32,783 bases of DNA from Nemertoderma westbladi. Its lineage: Eukaryota; Animalia; Xenacoelomorpha. Within the stretch, counting starts at the first letter, position 1. The number at the start of each line of letters is the position of its first letter. Made by a program: the position numbers and the translations under genes. Under the pieces are notes generated by a model. That model was not told the DNA's origin. It made no database searches and saw nothing but the letters and a program-made list of their open reading frames with translations. The stretch lies in contig JAUCBJ010001365.1 in the NCBI GenBank assembly GCA_032718475.1, positions 1 through 32,783 of the forward strand, in the 5' to 3' direction. Shown here in pieces: positions 11,092 through 22,972 of this stretch.

Positions 11092-11676
11092 TGTGAGCGG
11101 ATTCAATTCCGCCTCACTATCCCCATAAAGTTGGGGAGTGGCGCCTTTTTCAGCAATATTGGGGATACGAGGTTAATCACAATTAACCTCGTATCACACC
11201 CAATAACGGGGACAACATACAGCCCCGAAGGCCACACACAAAGGAGGTTAGAGGTCAAGCCACCTCGAGAGGGAAAGTAACAGCAGCGGGGGGGGGGGGG
11301 GGGGGGGAAGCACTCCCACAGAGGTGGGAGCCGAGAATTAAGATATTAGCCAATAGGGGCGGGGAAAGCATCCGCTAGATAGAGAGGCCAAAGGTAGTGT
11401 AGGAACAACCAATATATTATATTACACACAGTTAAGTTATTCAGTTATCTCAGTCATCCAGTGCAGATCGGTGACAATTTCGTACCGTCACCGTCATTGC
11501 CGGTATAACATTCATATTACTATTAACATATTATATCGACAACTGTGCTATTATATTCTATATCAATAACAGTCAACCTATAACAATATTAGAACGATAA
11601 CAACAAACTATCTTTTGCCAATTACACGGTGACGCGTAACGCAACAAACCGGTCGGGATCCCCTGATCCCGTCACA
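11092..11676 (+). mobile_element. 3' LTR of the second BEL-like family
   Basis: TGTGA...TCACA terminal inverted repeat and preceding PPT; shares blocks (AGCGGATTCAATTCCG, AGAGGTCAARCCACCTC, AGCCAATAG, GTAGTGTAGG, GTCACA) with the LTR at 24488-25159. Confidence 0.85.
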
Positions 11677-12289
11677 ATTGTTGCTCATTGTTGCTCGTTG
11701 TTGGTCACTGTTGCTCGTTGTGCATTTTAGCAGCTACCAGTCTCATCACTAGGAGCGCCGGTGTAACAAATTGAGTAGTAAATAAAATTGAATCCTTATT
11801 TGAAGAATCTATCAAGTTTATATCGAGCCTTTCACAGCAAAGGTTGGACAACGCGTTGGTTGAACACGCTCTCTTTATTCAAACTACTGTATGATTCAAC
11901 CTTGACATATATCTGTTATTGTTTTCCAACTTTAATGTAATATTGGTGGTAGCCTATGAGCAACAGCGACATAAAGCCTGACACCCATTATACTTTAGGA
12001 AGCCCTAGGCCTACAGTAGATTAGCAACGCGACACTACTCTGCATAGAACATATCTTACCTCAATATCGGTAGATGCTCTCCGTCAAAGCGTGGGCGGGC
12101 TCCTTACACTGCGCATGTTTGACTGCGCAAACGAAATGCTTAACTTTTTGGATCTCTTCGACCAACGGCCATAGCCACAATGAAGTACTCCAAGAAAAGA
12201 TTTATCCAACTTGGTATTTCTGCCGCCAAGGCCGCATACTTCGTATGAACTTTGTAAAAAAATTGTTTTTCATTAAATATCATTAATCT

Positions 12290-13372
12290 GGAGACAAAGG
12301 CTGGAGACAACTTACGCCTAAGGGGTAGGGGGGGATTGAGAGCAAGGCCAGATCAGGCGGATGATGTTTTAATTAATTTAGGTTTATGTTTATTTTATCT
12401 TACTTTATAAATTTAATTATAATTATTATTCTATTCTATTAATTTTATTAATTAGTTATTTATACCAGTTCTTCCATGAGTAGTTCTTTTAAATCTTTTG
12501 AAAATGATTGTTTTGTTTTTTTGTTTTTTATTTTTAGTGGTAGTGAGATCCAAGTTATTGCCCCGTGGTATATTTGAGATTTTTGAGTTTGCTGAAGTCT
12601 GGTACGATGAATGAAGTAGTTGCGGGTAGCTGTAGAACGTGTGATGTGGGAGTGAATAAGACTTGTCGGTTTAAACAGTGATGTAATGTATTCTTGTTTT
12701 TTGTGATTAATAATTTCCCACATAAGTTTAGCCGTTTCGAGTTTATATAGTTTGTCAATAGGTATAATGTTTAGTGATCTGTAAATCGGTGGTGCGTGTG
12801 CTAAGTAGTGGTTGAAGGTAATCGCGCGTATTATTTTGTTAACCTTGACTCTAATTGGATTAATATTTTTTGCACTTGAGTTTCCCCATAGAATTATTCC
12901 GTATGACAAGTACAAGTAAGGATGGATGAAGGTATGGTATAATGATTTTAATATTTTCAGAGGTAAGATATATCGTAGTTTAAAAAATAAACCAGCGGAT
13001 TTTGAAATTTTTTTGTTTACATAAGCGCAGTGTTGTTGCCAAGTCAGTTTATTGTCGATAAATAAGCCTAAGAATTTAGTTGATTCTACAATATTGACTG
13101 GTTTCCCTTGAATTATAACTTGTTCGTCGGTAGTATTTTGTTTTTTAGTGATAAGTAGGTATTCCGTTTTTTTTTAGATTTAGTGAGAGCTTATTGTCTA
13201 ATAGCCATTCTTCAAGTTTGGTAAGTTCCTTATTAACAGTGTCGATGAGGGTGTCTTGGTTTGGGTGATAGTACAGTAGATTTGTGTCATCAGCGAAGAG
13301 AGTTGTTGTTAATTGTCTACAGTTTGGTAAGTCGTTAATGTATAAAAGGAATAGTGTGGCACTTAGAATACT
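12290..13372 (-). mobile_element. 5'-truncated CR1/L2-group (Crack/Daphne-like) LINE: RT C-terminal half and 3' UTR
   Basis: LFLLYINDLP, LFADDTNL, NKLSLNLKKT, KFLGLFIDNKLTW, YLSYGIILWGN, HSHITR; stop at 12460; frameshifted. The 3' boundary is approximate. Confidence 0.92.
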
Positions 13373-14189
13373 ATTATTGTCCCCCTATCTCTTAAATTCG
13401 TTATAATGTAACTGATATAGTATTCATCGGATTGAACTTCATCGGCTTGATACTGTAGAGGCCAATATAGTACATTACCTCAGGTGATCACACCATACCT
13501 ACTGTAGATGCATCACAAACAACTTTAAATCCCCAATGAGATTCTCCCCTATAGTCGGGATACAGTTGTATATAATAATATATGAAATATTTTGCTTTAT
13601 AAATCAATAAATCTTGGACATTCACGGCCGCTCAAGTTCTAATGTCACGGGTTTCTAAACATGATCACAAGTCCGTGATTTCTTTATAACCAACTGTTTG
13701 TATGTTATGCATCGCGTGTAGCATGAATGGCAAACACAAGTGTTTATATATCAAACATAAAGTACTCTTGTGTTCATATAAGCAATATAATTGAATAAAA
13801 TACACAGTAGGTGTGTTCGGAGCTGCGCATGTACCAGCTTAGTACTTTATGTTGAAAGATTTGCTTCAATTTAATAATAAAGAAATATTTAAATGATCAA
13901 AATAACTTTCTGTAATTTTCTTTATTGCTACATTTTGCGCCTATTTCCGAACTGTATCCTTTGCAACAATCGATTCTCATAATTATAACGAAGTGATTTT
14001 AATAAATACTTTAATTGTTTATTGTGTCATTGAAGTTCGCCAAATTAGAGACTTATGTGATGTAAGTCTGTTTCATCTTGAAGGTGACTGGTGATAATTC
14101 AACAATACAATACAATAACAGGCCCTTCATGAAGAAATAAAGACCGGCAATCAAATAAATATTAAAAAAATATCGTAAAAGTTGGAGGA

Positions 14190-14528
14190 ATGGCCGCTCC
14201 CCCATCGGATCAGCCGCCGTCGTATAATCAAGATCCGCTATACCAGCAACCAGAATTCAACACCCAGCAACCTCCTACCTTCAACATGGTTACCCAGCAA
14301 CCACAATTCAACCCCCAGCAACCTCCCACAGTCAACGTGTTTACCCAGCAACCAACCATAGCCATCGAAGGCGTCTGTCCGGCCTGCAGGGCGGGGGTGC
14401 TAAAGGAAGATTTTACGTGTTTCGGTATCTGTTGCGCGATAGTTTTCTTTCCGGTCGGTATTCTATGTTGTATAGCCTTGAAACAACGCCGATGTCCCAG
14501 TTGTCATGCAATACCCGCCAAGTTATAA
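14190..14528 (+). CDS. BRI3: Brain protein I3 (BRI3)-like small membrane protein, single coding exon
   Basis: Pro/Gln-rich N-terminus with PPSY; C-terminal CPACRAGVLKEDFTCFGICCAIVFFPVGILCCIALKQRRCPSC matches the BRI3 family pattern (CxxC - hydrophobic - CxxC); intact ORF; AATAAA at 14527 and 14565. Confidence 0.9.
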   Translation: MAAPPSDQPPSYNQDPLYQQPEFNTQQPPTFNMVTQQPQFNPQQPPTVNVFTQQPTIAIEGVCPACRAGVLKEDFTCFGICCAIVFFPVGILCCIALKQRRCPSCHAIPAKL

Positions 14529-14812
14529 TAAACATATCATTACAGCATATAAACAGATGGCTTTAATAAACAACAACAATTACATATACTGTATGTTCTA
14601 CTGTAGGAAATACAGTAGATAATTAATATGGGCAGGTACAATAAGCGGCGCTACACACCGCATCGACTAAATTACTTGCTAACTTTAAGTATTAAAAGCA
14701 CAATGAATAATACGACGCAGTAACCATAGCAGCCTCAATTACGTGTAACATCACCGCACCAGGCACCTCAACAGAATAAATTGATAACTAATAATTTTAT
14801 GTTAATTATTCA

Positions 14813-15063
14813 AGGCCCGTTTCCGCGCTGCCATTTTTGAGCTTTATTTAAAGCTTTTTTTAGTTAAAACAATTTCTACAGTAGAAACTCATTGCTTCAA
14901 GATGAATCTGAGAATTTTGGAATGTTAAAACCTAAAATTTAGAATAATGCTCCAAAAAAAGGTTACAATAAAACTTGGAAAAAAGGCTCAACAAATATCT
15001 TGAAAAACAGCTCAAAAAAAGATCAGAATACCGCACACAAAAAAGCAGCGCGGAAACAGGCCT
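14813..15063. mobile_element. PIF/Harbinger-type MITE (~250 bp)
   Basis: 19-bp TIRs AGGCCCGTTTCCGCGCTGC / GCAGCGCGGAAACAGGCCT with one mismatch; flanks TCA / TTA, consistent with a mutated TWA TSD. Confidence 0.8.
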
Positions 15064-15334
15064 TTAGAAAGATAAATTTATCTTCATGTTTTAGAATTTA
15101 GCCATCTTGCTATAAGATCTTGTAGATGTAGAACCTTATAATGTTATATTTGCTTTAGGAGATTTGTTGTTGGTGTCTACAGTATTTTAATCTCATGTGC
15201 TTTTATTTCATGTTGGATCAACCACCTAAAGGATTTATTTAAGTAAATTCATACAGATCATATTCATGATGTTGCTGATAAACCATAACGGTTGGTGGTG
15301 ATGAGCCACAGGGTCAGTGGTGAGTCTTAGTGTA

Positions 15335-15625
15335 GTTTTGTACGGGACAGGGGCCAACTATGGATTCTCAATCGTTCGTTTGCCTGTCTGTGTACATGTT
15401 TTAAAGTATATTAGCAACTGCTGGGTCAACTTTGATGAAATTTAGGATCCGTGTAAACAATCTGGCCTACACAGTACGTAAATGTTATCGATGAACGTAA
15501 CGGCGTAATCCGTCTGCTGTTGATTGAAAAATGTAATGAACATCAGGTGGGTTAGGCTACTTAACTGACTGACAGTAGTGACGTAGCAGAGAGGAGGAGG
15601 GGGGCTGATTACCTCAAATGGGCAT
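15335..15625 (+). mobile_element. Possible Helentron/DINE-like non-autonomous element
   Basis: GTTCGTTTGCCTGTCTGTGT microsatellite-like block followed by AACTGCTGGGTCAACTTTGATGAAATTT, a layout typical of such elements; boundaries uncertain. Confidence 0.4.
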
Positions 15626-16199
15626 ATAAAATAAATAACAGTAGATTATGCCTACTCGCGGAAATAATAATGTAAAATTTGCTATTGAATTCCGCTTATT
15701 GATAAGGTCTACCCCAGCATTGGGCATTTTGAAAAAAGGTGAATAAATCCTGCAATTAAATTTTAGTTTGCAGAAATGGTTTCCAATGAGAGTACAGTAC
15801 ATCAACTGCGAAATTTGTTCCAACAGATTCGACCTTTGTACCAATCAAAGAAAATGATATATATAAAATTACCTTTGATATTTCAACTACATAATAATAT
15901 AATGTTAACCATAATAAGTAAACGGAGCAATACAGCAATATCGTAAATATATTTCGAATTAATATTATAATTCATTGTCAATAACAAACACACTAACTAA
16001 TAGAAGATACAGTAGATATACTGTATTGAATATGAGATATGTATATTGTTAATATTGTTAACTGTTAATTTTGCAACTACCTACACTAACCTGAATTACA
16101 TTACTTCATCATAATTTTAACCGATGAACTGATTTAGTACAATGGAATGCATACTATTAGTATATTTTTTATTGTGGTTGAAGGTTTTCTGTATAATAT

Positions 16200-16480
16200 A
16201 GCCAGTCTGTCAGGAAGCATTGGGTACTGTCAAAAACTTGTTAGTGTAGAAGACGAGTTCTTTTCAACGCATGCCATGACACAACGAAGTCGGAAATATT
16301 CCAACTATCCGAAACGCCACCTCATCACGAGACTCAGCTGCCACGGGTTTCACCATAAACTCTGCTATGAACCTAAATGTAATAACAGGAATGAATTGTG
16401 TTCGTGTTATCTCTGTGGGAACCATAGAGCACTCTTCTACACGCGCTTGAATGTAGCAAACTTAAATTCTTGAAAGATCT
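16200..16480 (+). mobile_element. Remnant of a non-LTR retrotransposon ORF2 C-terminus (CCHC zinc knuckle)
   Basis: RHLITRLSCHGFHHKLC...CSCYLCG followed, after a frameshift, by LLHALEC. Confidence 0.45.
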
Positions 16481-17753
16481 TGACAGACTGTAATTTTATA
16501 TTTATTATAACAATTTATTTACTTAATTATGTTAAGTTCTCTTTTAATCATCTATATTTTACACATACTGAAAGGTGAATGAAAGGCCCATGTGCCTAAT
16601 TAATTTTAAAATATAATATTCACTCGTTGTCAGATGGGGTACTTTTAGAAAGATAAGGAACTTCACGTCTGTTTCAATTTGGCCAGTTAAACAGATATAC
16701 AATATTACTACAGTACACTGCAGCTGTCTGCCACTGTCTCTTGCTCTTCTTAATGTTACTCTTCTTGTTGTACTGTACAGTACTTCTTGTTTATTGTGCT
16801 ACTGTATATTTATGTTTTGTTCCCACCTCGGTGTGTAGGCCTACGATTAAATTAAATTAAATTAATTAATTAATTAATAAAGATGACGCCAGGGTTTAGT
16901 AATTTCTAAATAGGTAATTTCAAACTTCATCCGTCTGATATTGCAAGCTAAAATGTGATCAGGACGAATCTTGTCCATTCTCTATAAAGAACTTGCTTAA
17001 ACTTTTAGTTTACCTAATTTCAATTACTGTACTGTATGACAAAACGTGTGAAATTAGTTATAATTGCATTGTTTCCAAAGTCGTCCTATTATTTTTTCAT
17101 TTTTATTTTTTAAATTTTTTGACAATAAAAAAACGTTGGAATAACGTTTCTGGTTAGCAGGGGTAATGTAGTAAATATGATATTTATTAACTTTAATTTT
17201 AGAATTTTCATACAGTACTATGCGACGGGTGTGGCCTACCTTTTAATTATCCTACTCTGTATAACCTTTTCCTTTCCTTCAATATGATATTGTAACGTCA
17301 CCACGCATGTGGTGCAATCCGGTGAGACTGGAATACGGTAACTATTAAAAACGAGTAGGATTACAAGACTCGCGCAGAACAAGACTAGATGAAAAATGGT
17401 GACTTTGCACTTATATACATAACTAGATCGGTTATTGTTTTGGTTAGATAAATTTGGGGGGGGGGGGGGGGGTGGATACGGCCCACCCACTGTATTTTTG
17501 TAATCGTTTTATGAAATCCTACGAAATTTGGACACTACGTAAAAAATTTTCGAAGAACATTTTCAAAACTGAAAATTTCATGCTGGTTTAATTTTTGTTA
17601 TTGATTTCTAGTTCTATTTTAATTTATTGTCTAGTTTAGCAATAATTTTAACGATTCTCTATTTTAGTTATACTGTATGTAATTTTAAATATTGTCTACT
17701 TTGGTTATATCATTATTTATAATTATATTATTATAATTATTAATTATACAGTA

Positions 17754-18098
17754 AGTGTAGGGCTAAAACCAATATGTGTCAATGATATAACTCTTGTAAT
17801 CACTGATTATTAGTTAGTTGATTCCCTTACGGTTGTGAGACCGGAATAGGTTTTGACCATCGTTACTACATCATTGTTACTGATACTATTTGCATTGCAT
17901 ATTATTATATTCAGACTGTGCTATATTATCAATTGCTGTGATTATCAATACTGACAACTAACACCGTTGTTTTTCTATCGGCCTTTGGCCAAAGATATTA
18001 TCCAGCCATCAGTTAGCCCAGCAGCCCAGCGACGCAACGATGCGTACAACCTACACCAGTCGGGAGCTGATACTGCCAACTCCGTCAGCCCAGTCACA
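17754..18098 (+). mobile_element. 5'-truncated 5' LTR of a BEL-like element
   Basis: 3' half of the LTR seen complete at 24488-25159; ends ...CAGTCACA followed by GTCAAAAAC. Confidence 0.8.
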
Positions 18099-18222
18099 GT
18101 CAAAAACTACCGACGACGAACTGTGACCACAACCCAAGAGGACAAGATGAGCAGAAGGTCGAGGTTCCGAAGTCGCTGGCTGACCACAGGCCGAGGGCGA
18201 CGAATGGCCCACCGGAACGGCG

Positions 18223-20750
18223 ATGGTGGGGCTGACGAGGAGGGCAGGTAAAGTCAATGAGGAGGATGTCGGGACGAGTGATCGCCTGCAATGGGCATAC
18301 AACGCCATGAAGAGGATGTTGAAGGACGATAAGGAAGGGAGAAAGGTAGACCAGCCCAAACTATATCAGAGGCTAGGTGAGTGCAACAAACATTTCCGCT
18401 ATTTAGTCCGATTTGGACAGGGGGAATTGGCGAGTGTGAGGGCGAGGGGGGTCGCCACAGAACTGTTTGAATTGTGGCGATCCGAGGTGGTGGTGGCAGA
18501 CATAGTGTACGTAGGGCCTTATCTGGTGGATGCAAGGGGGATTAAGTTAGTGGGATGGGTGGACCCACACGAAAACGAATCCGAGATTAACCCCGAAGAT
18601 TCGGTGTCGTCGGTTAGTAGGAATCCCAGCAAATGGGGGAAAATTAGTAGGACAGACAGGCGACGGGAGTCTGTCGTAACCGAAAAGTCCGCTACATCGA
18701 TGAACTGTGGCGAGAAATTATAGAAAGGGCGAGGAGAGGGAAATGAGTGAGTGTAAAGAGTCTACGGGAGCGGGAGGTTGTTGCGGGCGCTTGTCTCTAC
18801 AAGCGAACGAGCGCAAAGAGCGTGAGGCGAGGAGAGCTGAGAGGATTGCGAGGGAGGCAGAGTTAGCTGACCAGAGTATCAGGGAGGATAGAGAGAGGGA
18901 GAGAGTGGGTAAACGCATGCAGGATGATATGCATACCCGGTTGAGGGGGTTAATGCAATACCAAGCAAAGCAAAACGCCGGTTAGAACTGGCAAAAATGG
19001 TTTTATCGGAGAGTGAGGCTGGTTCGGGTAGTATTTAAGAGGAACCAAAGGTGATGGAAACCTTTGTTAATACCCCACTTACAGGTACCAGGCGACAGAC
19101 CCAAGACTGGTGTGACCGTACAGGTGGGGGGGGGGGGGGTAATGATAATACTTTTGATGGAGTTAATATTAATAGTACCGTAATAGATAACCCTAATACT
19201 TATGAAACCTTTGTTGCAGGAAATAATATTTTACCCGGAAATGGTCCTAATATTGGTGTACAAAATAATCTAAATAATAATATAAATAATGTAGAACAAA
19301 ATAATTCAAATAATTTAGATAATAATAATCCAGGTAATAATATAATAATCAAAATAATACAATTAATAACGCAGCAAACCGGCAGGGCGAGACTATTAAC
19401 GGTGCAATTAATACAAACGTAGGGGGAACAAGCGATCTGCCCAATGAGAGCCTACAAGGCCACGCAGTTGCGCAGGGAGGAGCGGGGGTGAATAAACCCA
19501 GCGTGGGCAGAGATAACGCGTTGACTAGAAGGGAGCGTGGGGGCGAAGTAAGAGGTGACGGACGGAGGGGGGGGGGGGGGGGGGCTATGGGCACCCCACC
19601 ACAAGCGATTAATGACGAGGGGGGGGAATGTCCCACAAGCGTCGGTGGGTAATGTGCGCGGTGAGTTGAGTGCACTGTGGCACCCGACGGCGGGCGATAG
19701 GGGGGGGGGGGGGGCAGAGAATGTCCCACCAGCGGCGGTGGATAATGCGCGCGGTGAGTTAAGTGATCCACGGCACCCAACGGCGAAGGATAATAGGGGG
19801 ACTGCGAATATCCCCAACGCCGTCCAACCCGGCAGAGCGGGCGAGCGAGAAAACGTCGCGCCCAATCGGAAGACGGTAGAAGAACAGTGGAGTTTATCTG
19901 GGAGGTCGAAGCGAGATCTCATGAGGGAGAACACTGCACTGAAATCGGACGAGGCGAGGAGAAGCAAGGAAGTGTTGCTATGAGGGGAAGGGCTGACAGC
20001 GAACCGTCAGTAGTCGAGATGGAGACAGAGAGCCAGTGGGGTCGTACTCCGGGAGATTGCCGTCGCCCCAGAGAAACACAACCTGGTGAAATATACCACA
20101 CACCGGGAGAGGGGTACAGAGTGTACCGGTACGAGGATGAAGACAGGAGAGGGGACCAGAGAGAAACTTCCCGTCGGAACGTAGCTGCCGATCGAGAATA
20201 TGGTAGTGGTGGGGAGGACTTCTCAGAATACTCGAGAAGATTAAACTTCGGCCCAGAAGGACACAGGCAGACTGCAGGACATACTGTAGGACTTACTGCA
20301 CATACTATAGGCCATGCTGGGAGAGATAGTGTAGGCGATAGGGTAGCGCGAATGACGGGATTAAACCCGGAGGTCGAGGCATACATACCGGTCGGTAGGC
20401 AAGAAGCCGATAGGCCTATACCGGTACCTGCACACCAGTATGACTACAACATGCAGGGATATAATATATACCCAGGGGCCCTCCCCTGTATTGCCGATAG
20501 GTGTGTGGGCCCCAGCATCGTAACATCAACCCCAGTACCAAACATAACATTGGTGGGGGGGGGGGGGGGGGTGGGGAACAGGGTGACATTCCCCCATTAC
20601 AGTATCAGCAATACACGCAACCAAAAACAAGAACCCTGAACCCCTAAGATCCAAATAAATCGTGCGAAACAGAGATATGGAGGGGACCATTACCCCCGAT
20701 GATATATCCCACGCAAGGAAAGTCGACGGGCCCGACGGCTGAACCGCACC
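18223..20750 (+). pseudogene. gag: Disrupted BEL/Pao gag N-terminal region
   Basis: Follows the LTR; EINPEDSVSSV motif, E/R-rich coiled coil and LNPEVEAYIP are BEL-gag-like; several stops and poly-G frameshifts. Confidence 0.7.
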
Positions 20751-21084
20751 CAATAGCAAGGGAGTCTGTATCCCTACCATCGAGATATCACCAATGGGAA
20801 TATCTGGGAGTACAGACTCAGACACTTTCACTTCTACAAAGTTATCAGGCAATACCCTGTCATTATTGAGGAGCTTTCCAAAGTGGGCTTTCCAACCATT
20901 GAGGCGATCGACTGGTGATTCTGCCTTAACCTTGGTGGTCGGTTGGCTTTTCCGCCAAATAGACAACCAGAGAATTTACAATACTATGAAATATCGATTT
21001 TAAAGCAAAAAGAAGCAACTTGTGCCGCAATTTGAAAAACAACCCAACAATCGAGATAGACAACAAAAAAACAACAAATAAGCA

Positions 21085-21160
21085 GTATGCTTTTCAGTTG
21101 AGAAGGTTGTCGATGATGAGGCCAAGGTATTTTACATTATCAGAATGATCAAGCATTGAG
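21085..21160 (-). mobile_element. Short CR1/L2-group RT thumb fragment inside the RTE
   Basis: Minus translation DNVKYLGLIIDNLLN*KA resembles the KYLG.IID.KL.W motif. Confidence 0.55.
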
Positions 21161-22972
21161 TGATAACCCAACAACCAACCAACAAGACCAACAAGACAGT
21201 ATTTGGTATTAAATTACTTTTAAGGCCGGAATACTCCCCTCCGTATTTCCTACGAATCAGAATATGGTCTATCTGGGAGTTGTGACCACTGGGTCCACTA
21301 TGAGTCCATAGCTTTCCAGCTCGCTTCTTGAACTGGGTTCCGGCCGAAATCAATCCATTTCCAGAGATAAAATCCTGAAGATGGACGGAATTTCGGTTAA
21401 CACTATTGCTATAGACCCAGAGCGATATAGGTGATTGATACAGAATTGCATTAAAGTCTCCCAGGAATGTTAAGAATGCATGCTGATCCATCTTGTCAAC
21501 AAAATTGCACCGCCACAACTCCCTATCACCCATGACATTTGCTAGATCATCCGCATCTTTAAGGCCAGTGTCCTTTAAGATGCGTCTCAAGAAAGTCATG
21601 GGCTGTCCACCATGCTTATTCACTCCATGAGGCTGCCAAAGTACAAGATTATGCACTGGCTGGTCCTCACGGCGAAAGCAATGTCCTGCAAAGCGGAGGC
21701 GATTTTGTTCTAGTGTCAAGCTTGGGGGAACCAATGAGACACCTCCATTGTTGTATAGTGTTTGGTTGGAGATGTGTGCTTTGTACTTGACACAATGAAC
21801 CCGGCGTAACATTCTTGTGAATGTGCCATCCAGAGATTTGGTGTCCTCAGCAGTTAGAGCCCAGCATGGACTCCCGTAGAGGAGTACTGGAACTACTGCT
21901 GCTCTAAATAATCGGACCTTAAGTTTCCGATTAATGGTAAGCACACAGAGAGTAGCACGCAATCAGAACCACCTTAGGAAACTTCTTAGCCAGTCTTCCA
22001 GAACATGAGAAGTGGCAACGGATGATGCGGTTAGAGATTTGGTCTATTTTGTCCAATGCTGCATGTGCAGTTGGATTCATCAATAGACCAATTCCATCAT
22101 TGGCACTACCATCTGCTGACGCGAGGGCGAGTCAACAACCACCCCCCCCCCCATGTCCTTAATCAGAACCTCATCAGTTTGTCCAGTCTGCATTCGGTGC
22201 TCCTGAACACCCACTGCGCTAAGAGAAAGCTTATCTGCCAAGACAGTCAGCTCACCTTGTCGCATTGGGGACCCGAGTGTTAGGGTGTTTACTGAGGCTA
22301 GTCTAGTGACTTGCCTCAGATTCACCAATAGCATTGTTGGTCGGGGTGGAACATGAGAGTAGCCTCCAACTCCAGAATCCCTCTCCCCCTCACAATCTGG
22401 CCTCCCTGGTGACCCAGGGTTTGGGCAGGAAAAGTCATCAGGAAAGGGACTCAAAGAATTGTTGGCTTCTCTCTCTCCAGTAGGGGGTGAGACAGGCAGC
22501 CGGTCAGGAGATAACTGACGCCTGTGAGGCCGATTGTGTCCGGTAATTCCATTGGCCTCTAGTGGCCTGACCTCCGCATTACAAATGTAATCCATAGTGG
22601 GGGTTGGGGGGTGCTTTTTTGCCGAGTCAGCTCTCGGGGCAAATACCACACCCTGGTTTGCCATTCCACAGGGTGTGTGTCGCAGTGGAGTCAGATATGA
22701 CGCCCATCACCCATATCTACTCTGGCGCACATGACCCACCATTGGCTGTGCAGCTCATCTGCTGGGTCATGCCCTGTACCCCTGCTGCCAGGTGAAGGTC
22801 GCAGTGAAGTGCACTCAGAGTTGACATGAGAACACTCTACTCCTGACCAACCATTGGTAGATCACCATCTGCCTGGTCAGGCCATATACCCCTGCAGCCA
22901 AGTTTCGGGGTCCTTAATCCAGGAACAAGGGCGTCCTTATCCCAAAACGAAGGAGGTCCTAGTTACAGGACC

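Noticed and set aside
13272-13278. TACAGTA inside the LINE RT as an excision footprint
   Set aside because: It encodes the native in-frame DTNLLY.
18232-18260. CTGACGA hammerhead core
   Set aside because: No stem II or GAAA partner; it lies within gag codons.
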